Shown one piece after another: positions 51,201-64,000 of a stretch of 64,000 nt of DNA (positions within the stretch are counted from its first letter, which is position 1; each line of letters begins with the position of its first letter). The notes below the pieces were generated by a model, which saw nothing but the letters and a program-made list of their open reading frames with translations, ran no database searches and was not told the origin of the DNA. The DNA is from Octopus sinensis (Eukaryota). The stretch spans positions 118,668,001 to 118,732,000 of the forward strand of contig NC_043001.1 of the NCBI RefSeq assembly GCF_006345805.1, read 5' to 3'. The translations under genes were made by a program, and so were the position numbers.

Positions 51201-53249
51201 TCAACCGACAACTACATCAGCCAACACACCCAACTTGCTAGAAACAACAGCTAAATCTTCCTTTAACCACATTCTACTCTCTTGAAAAAAAAGGTGACAT
51301 TAGATAAAGTATCACAGGGTACCTACATCAACATCAACATTATCATTTCATGTCTTTTCTCATATTTGCATAGGCAAGACAAATATTCTTTAACACAGTG
51401 TTTTGCAAAAGATAAAAAATAAATATAAAAAATAAGACGAGATGGTCATGGCCCGAGCATCTTAGACCAGTAGTAGAGGAAACTTTTTAGTATCAGTAGC
51501 AAGTTCTAAATACAAAAGATCCTGTGGTACTGATGCATATGTGCTGAAAAAAATAATGAATTGTTAATTTAACAAATTCATAGAAAGGTAACTTTAAATT
51601 GTTGCTTTGGTTTTAAGTCTTAAACTATTTTGTAACTTGATAGGAAAAGGTTAGTCTTTTAAGGGTTTGATATCCTTTGGGTTTATATCATTTATGGAGA
51701 GTTAGTGGAATCAACCTCAACATTGCGCTGCTGTTTATTGTATCAATGTTGATGTCAAGAAAGAGAAAGTGAATACTGATAGAATTTGAACACACATCAT
51801 GTGCTGGTCCTACAATAAAATACACTCAGTACACTCTATAAAGTGGTTGGTGTTAGGAGGGGAATTCAACAATAGAAACCAGGCCGAATATAGAACATAC
51901 AAGTGAGATGTGGTCCTCTGACTTATCTAAGACAAAAACTACAAATAAGAACTAATGAACTGTCCGACCCACGCAGGAAAAGTGGATCCAATATGACTAT
52001 GATGAAGATGAGATGATGACGACGGTGAAAATATAGGGTTGAAATTATATTACAGTAGGATCTTTTGTCTGATGCTACACAACACCTGCCGTTCACATAA
52101 GCCTTAGGGAATCTAACGAGGGGTGGGGAATGAGTCACTTGTGGTCATTTGACCTGCTAAATATAGAAGTTAAATCTCCTCTACATCACACTTTTTCATT
52201 TTAAACAAGACAAGGACACCTCAGTCAAGGATGCCCAGGGGATGAATAATCACAATTAACCTTTGATAAAAAAAAAAAATCAAACAGAAAGCAAGCAAAC
52301 AAACAAACAAAAATATAGCAATCATCCACATGTGAGGATGACCTAGTAGCAAGTACCATGTTTTTGCTAATTGTTTTGTGAGCAAAGGCATTTGTTTGGA
52401 TCCCCTGCCCTTGACTCAGTGAAATAATGAGGATGTAACAGCTGGAGGTGGTAAGGGCTGGAATTCATTTTCAACTGAATAGACTGGAATTAAGTGAAAT
52501 GGAGTGGCTTGCTCAAGGACACAATGTACCACCCAGTCCAGGAAACAAACTTGTAACCTTGTGTGAGTCTTCTAAAATTCATGCACATTCTAACCACTGG
52601 GCATGCATCATCACCACGACGACGACCATGACCAGCAGTAGCAGCAGCACTACCACCACCACCACCAACAACAACAATAACAACAACAATTATTAACAAA
52701 AAATGTTAAAATAAATATTTAACAAAAAATGTCAGAATGTAAAAATGAAGAAAAAAAAAAGAAATCATTTGATTACCCCTTAACCACCAGAACATCTTGA
52801 AGGCCCAAACATTTGGTGAAAGATCTTAGGCAAGGTATTGTCATCAATATTGAGGATGTGCCAGCAAAGTAAGAAAGAAATAGGGGGTGGGTAAGTAGGG
52901 ACATAAAAAGAAAGGAGGCTGGAACGAAGGATAAGAGAAATTCATATACATATACAAAAATGAAAAATAGTACCCCCCACCCAACCGATTATAACTTTTT
53001 AAATCAAGAAGTATAAAAATAAAAGAAAAAAAGACAAGTGCAGAAAAACCCCGGAAACGGACAAGACAGATCTCTTGTTAAGGGCTAGCAGAGATCCCGG
53101 ATAAGTTTAGGGTAAGATCCAAGAAAGATCTAAGAGAAGTCAAGTTAGTAAAGGTCCAAGAATAAATCATGGAAAATCCAGGGAAGTTTAGGGTAATATC
53201 CGAGTTTGATTAAATAAAATATGATCCTAGTACTTCCGTGCAGTGTTTC

Positions 53250-55900
<2,651 letters not shown>

Positions 55901-56747
55901 GAATAAACAGGGTGGCAAGCTGTTCCACAGAGCATCAATTAACACATGGCATAAACCACTGCTTCATTTTCAGTTTGAGAGCTGATAGATAGTCATGTGA
56001 TTACATGTTTTAAAGACTCACATATATACATATACACAATGTTCCTATGGGGATCCCTTAATTGGGAAGCTCTACAGAAAACTTCTTCAAAAAACAGATT
56101 TAATTAAATCTTTGATAATTACAAGACCTCATGGGCTGCATATTGCGAGTCATTAGAGCATCATACAGAATACTTTGGGACATTCTAGCTCTCTGCATTC
56201 TGAGTTCAAGTTCTACTGAACTTGACTGCTTTTCATTCTTTTGAGGTTCAATAAATGAGGTAGTAGTCCTGCCCAAGAAGTCAATAAGGTACCAGTTCTC
56301 TCTTTCTGGAAGAAATCAGCTGTGGCTCATCTGAATTGGTGTAGGTCCCATCTAAGACACTTTAAGAAACAGTAGCAAGCCCATTTCTTTTATACTAGCT
56401 AAGTCTGGAGGAACAGACAATTTCCATGAACACTAACGACACCAAACTCACTAGTCTCACTGTCTTTCACGGCTGGAGAGCTTGATACCATTAATGTTCT
56501 ATTTAAACGGTTGCAGGCCAAAATCTGCAGCAATTATGGGCCCAAAGAAAGGTAGGGTGAAGATTCATAGGGACTAATAGAAAAGGCTTATGTTAGCAAA
56601 TGCCAAGTCAATACGAATGAAATTGTTGTTGCTGAACACTAGGTCAACCTCGATTAAGAAGATCTGAACTCAAAGGAATTCCGGCCCAGACTATCACCTT
56701 CTCTTTTGTTTTTCGTACACAATATATCTATAAACTACATTATTTAA

Positions 56748-56931
56748 ACAGTTTTACATCTAAGAGAAGAGGAATTATGTACATATGATATTTGTCCTCA
56801 TCTTGTTTGTTGTTAACACAATGTTTCAGCTGATATACCCTCCAGCCTTCATCAGGTGTCTTGGGGAAATTTCAAACCTGGGTTCTCATTCCTAAGGTAT
56901 TTTTCAATGTTATTATTATTATTATTATTAC

Positions 56932-56995
<64 letters not shown>

Positions 56996-57196
56996 ATCAC
57001 TGCCTGGATTCAAACTCGAAATCTTGGGGTTAGTAACCTGTGCTCTTAACCACTATGCCATATGTCCAACATTGAAAAATACATTAGGAATGAGAACCCA
57101 GGTTCGAAATTTCCCCAAGGCTGGAGGGTATATCAACCGAAATGTTGTGTTAACAACAAACAAGATGAGGACAAATATCCATCAAATGTAAATAAT
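56748..57196. mobile_element. Second copy of the tRNA-(AAT)n-hammerhead fold-back element, with a deleted right arm
   Basis: Left arm colinear with 42930-43140; right arm resumes at aacattgaaaaatac (about 57068). Confidence 0.85.
56815..56860 (-). ncRNA. Minimal type I hammerhead motif (best-preserved copy)
   Basis: Reverse complement gacacCTGATGAaggctggagggtatatcagctGAAAcattgtgtt. Confidence 0.75.
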
Positions 57197-57839
57197 TATT
57201 TAATGTATCTTTGTATTTTTTTCAAAAATGATTTTAAGTGATTTGAAGGAGATAAAGTTCATATTTCTATCAGGTTCTGTAACTGTAGAGCAGGTCAAGG
57301 GTCTTTTTAAGTGTACAAGAACCTGTAGGAAAACACATGTACTGAAAAAACTAATGTCCCTTTAATTTTACAAATTGATGGGTGTCTAATCAATATTAAA
57401 TTACTGGCTTAAACCTTTTTTCTTTCATATAGGGTTGTAAAGAAATTTGTCAATGGCAGTCTCAAATTTAAAGGTAGGTAAAATTTTACCTGCAGTCAAA
57501 GGGCTTCTAACACATCCTTCACTGTTAATACAAAGAGTATGTCAGAGCACCGAAGGGAGAAATATAATTTTGAGGAGAGGTTTTTTTTTTATTATTGATG
57601 CCAGGCTTTGTTTTAAATAAATATTTATTGTATTATATAACACAGGCTTTATTTTAATCAGCTATTTATCCATTACATAACACACAATCAATTATTTGAG
57701 ATTTTTACTGAAGAAACATCTCTGCTTACTTTATGCCTGTTATGCATAAGATGATACACCTCATTTGCAGACTAGCATTTGGAACAACATTCATGATAAT
57801 ATCACTTATTTACTTCATTAATAAAATGTTAAATTTGGC

Positions 57840-59100
57840 TCTGTAAGGACATTCCGTTGTGTCCATTAACTTTCCCATATTTGTCTGCCCACTGGGGCTC
57901 TTTGATGTTACCCCCCTGCCTCATATACAAGTGTCTCTATGTTGTCTCTGTATGAGCATTCTAACACTGTTTCAGGTGGGGGCCGACTTAATGATATTTT
58001 TTATTTAGATGCACAGCTCTTCAGGTATGCCTATCGAAAGTTTTACAGAACCTATTCATATGAGGAAAGTATTTATCCAATAATCTAAAGAAAAACTTAC
58101 CTCTTTTTAGGGAGAAAGTGGGTCTGAACCACAAAACTTTCTGGTGGCGCACTTTTTCTTTCTTAGAGGTGGTTAGGATCTAGCATGTAATTAATCCTAT
58201 CCTAAAAGCTGCTGACAACTAGAACCTCATTGTAGTAGGGGGTAGTGACATCAAAACTGTTTACTTGAAGACCAGCTGGAGATTTTTCTGCTGACTCCTT
58301 TTACTAGGTTCCTGAACACTATGGCTGGATGACAGAAAGCTGTGCTAATGTCTGTCAGCCTCTCATTCAGTTTCCTAAAGAGCCTATAGGCACTGGATTC
58401 CAAGTTCAATGTCATATGAAGAAAGTTAACTGTCTTCAGGCTGGTTTCTATTGTGACCTTGGGTTCAAGAGTATTCATGGAATGGGAGGTCCTTCCTAAG
58501 TCTATTGCAAGTGTGATCGTTCACTCTTCTTGATATCGTCAAAGCATTGTACCTGTGGAGAGCAAAGCTAGCAGGGAACTAAGTAAGCTCAGGACAAAAA
58601 AAAAATTTTTTTTTAAATCATACACTTCAGCCTCATGAAATGCCCCCATTGCTAAATCAAATGAGCCTTCTAGCCAAGAGCATTTGGTTCAAGCCACTCC
58701 CTTGCTGAAGAGTAGAGTCTTTCTGGCATGCATGATAATGCTTTCATCTTCATCTCTAATCTCAGTATAGATACTACCAAATCCAGTGCCCTATACAATA
58801 ACACCCTTGATGCAGACAGGTAACAATCCACAATATCAAATTAGGTAAACCTTGATCCACCCCTGCTGCTGTTGGTTTTAAACCATGTGATGATCTTGCT
58901 GGTGTTACACCAGAGAGTGAGGCCTAATTGTTGATTTTTCTGATCAGCTACTTGCTTATGAGGCCATTCTCAGACTTTGCAAGGTTGATCAGATGACATT
59001 TGGGGTTAGAAGCAAAGTTTGGTTTATGGTCTTTGATCATTACAAGGGTCTCTTTCTTTGCTATCAATCTGGGTATAAGAGGAACTGGCCGCAGTATGTA
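57840..59100 (-). mobile_element. Second, more decayed copy of the PLE lineage seen at 2442-4640
   Basis: IKDHKPNFASNPKCHLINLAKSE, FDIVDCY, IIMHARKTLLFSK, VTIETSLKTVNFLHMTLNL, HPAIVFRNLVKGVS, LVYEA. Confidence 0.85.
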
Positions 59101-60892
59101 AGAAAGAAAATTGAACTAATATGGACATGTGGATGAGGAACATTTAGAAAGATAAGAACAGAAATGGTGAAGGCTAGTCTTAGGATGCTAAATCTCATGA
59201 AGGAACTTAAAAAGTACTGCAATAAATGTGATGCAGTGCTGGAGAAGACCTGTCAAATCCAGGCAAATTGGACATGAAATAATTATGATGACACATGCAG
59301 ATTATACCCATCAATGTACATGGTAGTCAACAAAGGAAATACTAGTAAAAGTAATGATTAAAGAAAATAATCACCAAAATTCAATTCCTTCAGTGGGAAG
59401 AAATTGACAAAAAAAAAAAAGACTAGCCCATGTAAAAACTTTAAAATTTAATTATGTAAAAAAAAAACAAATTTCAGTTTAATAAATATTTACATAGATA
59501 TATACTGCATTTAATAAGTTACATGTCATGATATGTAATCGCCTCATTAGAACACATATTACCAAATAGAAATTAATGGAAGTGTATGCTTCATTCATAA
59601 CTAAATGAATGCCACACCTATCATCAACAAACCTTTTAAATACTGCGTAATGGATAGAAAGGTGTTTTTCTTTCTCTTTTTATAGAGACATTAATTTTTA
59701 TTCTCTCCTAAAACACATTATCTTTCATAAGTGCAAACAATAGCTGCTTCATTAAATATTTATATTTTTAAAGGGAAATCTAATCAGTGAGTCTGTGAGC
59801 CACTGCAACACAGAAAGACAAGAGATTGTTCTAAAATTCAATGTTGAATGCTTCAATTATGCAGCTCAATGGTTCCCAATTAACAATTCATACATTTTCT
59901 TTCTTTATGTTTTTGTTTGTAGTGCATGTTGCATTGTGGCTCTTATGCTTTCTCATGGTTTATTACATAACATATTCACAAACAATTTACATTTTATTGA
60001 CTATTTCAAAAACGTTAAAGAATTTTCTTTGTGACAGAATTATTATTATTATACTGTAACCCATTTGGGGTATCAAAACAAAATATTTCCTCGAATCAAG
60101 AAGATTGTCCCAAATCTTAGATGGATGAATGTCAGAGGCTTTTTGTGTATGGTTTTTTAAAAAAATATCTTATTCAAAGGAGGAAGGGTAGCGTCCATGA
60201 TATTTTAAAGTGATCCTGAGTCTGGTGTGGAAGGAAGATGTCTGAATGATTGCAACGGAGTGGGCTCCATTAAAATCAACCAAGTGCCAGAGTTAAAGTG
60301 GGAAACTGGTAAATTCTACCACTTGTATGAGTCATAGAGATTATCTTGAGGCCTCTTTCATATTGCAGCAGTTAGAACTCAGTCTGGACATCAGTGAAAC
60401 TGAGTTCTAGAAGTGCTGGGAGTTTCACCAACATCATCATCATCATCATCATCATCATCATTTAGCGTCCGCTTTCCATGCTAGCATGGGTTGGACGGTT
60501 CAATTGGGGTCTGTGAAGCCGGAAGGCCGCATCAGGCCCAGTAACAATAAAACTTTCCACACACCCTACCCCAACAAACCAAACTACATCTCTTCCTTCC
60601 CTCTCATTTTCTCTTCATGCACCAGACTTACATCTTGTCCTGTCCTACACTACTCTTGGCCCTTATGCTTCTTTGGCAATGCCCTGCCACTTGTATATGC
60701 TGTCCATACCTTGGGGGTATGCTCTGGCACTTGCCATCACCTATCTCTCTCTTCCTTTATTCTACCATTCCCAATTATATTCTGATCCCCGATTCCTTGT
60801 GAGTATGTCTTTGCACTTCACCACCACCTCCCACTTGCTCTCTTTTGCACTCTTGCTGTCTCCCACTCTCTCTTTCTCTTGCTCCAGTGTGG

Positions 60893-60930
<38 letters not shown>

Positions 60931-63049
60931 CTGTATGACAAACAACAACCTAATGACACCGTTACGCAGAAAGAGTGTGGGCAGGTGACATTTTATTCAA
61001 TCCAGCTATACAGTTTCATTCTCTGCAAACAAAGCTAACTTGGTGCCTTGTCCAAAAACAATTTTACATTGGTAGGAGGCCACAGATTTGTATGGAAGTG
61101 GCTAAATTGATCTTAGTGTATCACTGGTGCTAATGTTAATGACAATGGAGGGATCTTCAGAGTCTACATCAACTGTAACAATTTTCAGGTATGGCTGTAT
61201 GGTAGAGCAGCTTGGATCCTACCTTGATCCAAACCATGTGAGTGAAATTGGGAAGATAGATACTGCATGGAAGCCCATTGGAAAGTAGATTCTGTCATTC
61301 AATTTAATGCCACCACTGGTCCATTATGCGCCAATAGTGAATTGATTCTTTTACAGGTATTAGAGCATGATTTCAAACTGAGTTGTAGTTCCTTCTTCTT
61401 CTTCTTCTTACTAGGCTTGGATGTCTTGCCATGTGTGGAAAGGCCCTCTTCTGTCTAACTCATATCCCAAACAAGTTATGAGCAATTTCCTTTCACCTTG
61501 AATCTAGTGGTGGGTGGAAGTGGAGATTCTTCATTATCCATTTGGGCATTCACTATCCACTGGGCGGGTTCAATGTATCGTAGGCAAATCAAACAAAAGG
61601 AGCCCATCCCTCTTCAAGTTACACTCCCACTCACTGTAGCAAAAGTTGAGTTCACTTCTATAAACTAATGGAAAATTCCTTAATTTCTATGCAACTTCCA
61701 CTGCTTTAAAACAGAGAGCAGTAGTACACAAAAGGCATCTATTTACAAATGGGTGGATTATGTTGTTGCAAGATAATTGGCCTTTGATTTTAATAGAGTG
61801 CAGAGCCAGTAACCAGTTTCAACCCTTTCCCCTTCCTTTGCCAATCCATCGACTGCTAAAGTGGCAGCTTATTGACTCACCTGCTCAAGCTGTTGTTTAG
61901 ACCCTGTCCAATCCAGATTGGATAAAACTTCTATTAAATGTGGTTCAGCAATGAACCTTTTGTATGCCAGGGACTAAATTATCTGACATGTTCCCTCTTT
62001 TCTTCTTAAAAATAACATGATTTGAGGAAATTTTGCTGCTATTTCTAGAAACTAGGGCTACTGCCTGGAAGCTCTATCATTTCCTCTTTGAAGGCAATAA
62101 TTAAAAACAAAACAAAACACTACACTAAAAAAAAACATTATGTTAAAAAAAACCGTTCTCCATTCGGTTGACCTATTTTAAGGCATGTGCATGCATGTAT
62201 GTATATATGCACATATGCATATACACACACAACATCATTCTCCAGTAAACCATCCTTTAAATCAAATCGATATTTGTACCACAAAACAGTTGCAAGTAAA
62301 AACAATTGCAGCTGCCCCTCCTCCTCTCCATACAAACCACACACACATAGAAACAGATACGCTGTAAGACTTGTGCATACAAGCACACACAAAGAGACAT
62401 GCACATAGATATAATCTAAACTATTAACAGCTAACCAAAACAAAACTCCTCCCAATCCTGAATAATAAAAAAAGACAGAAAGGGGAAAGAGAGAGTGAGG
62501 GAGGAGGAGAGAAACAGAAGGAGAGAGGGGAAACAAGATCCCAAGGGGACACTATAATATAAAGGAGAGGCAGTTATGACTGCAAGTACGAACATGCAGT
62601 TTTATATCCTACACTAATCAGTAGCTTGTTAGCATTAAGGAGTATTATTAACAGGAGTGGGTGAGTGGCATGGTTGGAGAGGAGAGTATATATGCAATTT
62701 AGTTTCATCCCTCTACTCCCTGAGTTACAATCCCCATTATTGTTAAACATTATCGATGTATAGGGAAAGCAGAGTGAGAGGAGTTGTGTTGTTTTTCACA
62801 TCTATTTTTAACATGCTGACATGGGTCGGAAGATATTCATTAAGTGTTCTATGACTGGAAGTCCTTCCTGTTGTTGTTTCAACTAAGATGTTTTTAATTG
62901 GTTGGTCTTCAAAAGAGCTGAGCTACACTTTCATGGAAGATGTGAAGAAGTGATAACATGGTTCAAACAGTGTCAATATAAAGACACGTGGAAACACAAA
63001 TACATACATGTGTGTGTGTGTGTGTGTGTGCGTATATATATATATATGT

Positions 63050-63289
63050 ATTCTTTTATTTGTTTCAGTCATTTGACTGCTGCCATTCTGGAGCACCGCA
63101 TTAAGTTGAACAAATGGACCCAGGACTTATTTTTTGTAAATCTAGTACTTACTTTATCTGTCTCTTCTGGCAAACTGCTAAGTTACAGGGACATAAACAC
63201 ACCAACATCGGTTGTCAAGCGGCGATGGTGGGGGGACAAACACAGACACACACATACATATATATCTATATATATGTATCTATCTGTAA

Positions 63290-63323
<34 letters not shown>

Positions 63324-63450
63324 GTATGTATCTATTTATCTATCTATCTATCTATCTATATATATCTATATATATGTATCTATCTATATATATATATATC
63401 TATAAATATAATATATATATATATATCTATATATATGTATCTATCTGTAA

Positions 63451-63481
<31 letters not shown>

Positions 63482-63482
63482 C

Positions 63483-63516
<34 letters not shown>

Positions 63517-63972
63517 CAATTGCAGCGTGGAAGGTGCTTATAAGCCATTTAAGAAACACACAAAAACTGATAGATTCACTTCAACATTTAAATTTGTCAA
63601 GATATTTTCGTCATGGTCTCAAAGCGCCGAAAATATTTTGACAAATTAAATTTAAATGTTGAATTGAATCTAACAGTTTTTGTGTGTTTCTTAAATGGCT
63701 TCTAAACACCTTCCACGTTGCAATTGTTTTCATTCCAGCACACGATCTCAGATCAGGTCACTTGCTATGCAAGTACATCTCATAATATATATATATATCT
63801 ATAAATATAAATATATATATATGATGGGCTTCTTTCAGTTACTCTCAACGAAATCCACTCACAATGCTTTGGTTGGCATGAAGCTATAATAGAGGACACT
63901 TGCTCAAGGTGCCATGCAGTGGGACTGAACCTGGAACTATGTGGTTGCTAAGCAAGTGACTTACCACACAGC
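63050..63972 (-). mobile_element. SINE family C copy with expanded internal (AT)n and a nested fold-back insertion
   Basis: tRNA-like head at the right end (gtggctgtgtggtaag..ccaggttcagtccc); body colinear with 23325-23715. Confidence 0.8.
63517..63785. mobile_element. Fold-back element (about 95-bp inverted arms, 63517-63726) embedded in (TA)n
   Basis: caattgcagcgtggaaggtg...gtcaagatattttcg / cgaaaatattttgac...caccttccacgttgcaattg. Confidence 0.8.
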
Positions 63973-64000
63973 CACTTTGGTATGTATGTATGCATGTATG

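Overview
AT-rich, microsatellite-dense eukaryotic DNA. The repeat families look like those of Octopus/coleoid cephalopods (my inference, not verified). The main feature is one multi-exon gene on the minus strand, a FAM149 (DUF3719, FAM149B1-like) homologue. I traced 15 phase-compatible coding exons from 45431 to the stop at 14123, plus a tentative first coding exon at 47531-47604, giving about 645 aa. The rest is decayed mobile DNA: Penelope-like elements (PLEs) of two lineages; RTE, HERO-like, R4/Dong-like, CR1-like and possibly Tx1 LINE fragments; hAT remnants; a MITE; several tRNA-derived SINE families; and a 1.9-kb (ATGT)n array. Most striking is a repeat family present twice (42906-43438, 56748-57196). 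It is a head-to-head fold-back element whose arm reads tRNA-like Pol III head, (AAT)n, then a minimal type I hammerhead ribozyme. Also notable: a PLE with about 127 codons between the GIY and YIG motifs of its endonuclease, a FAM149 junction (cag|GTGAGT) that could act as both acceptor and donor, and a contrast in CpG decay between repeats inside and outside the gene. All calls are by eye; repeat boundaries are approximate (tens of bp).
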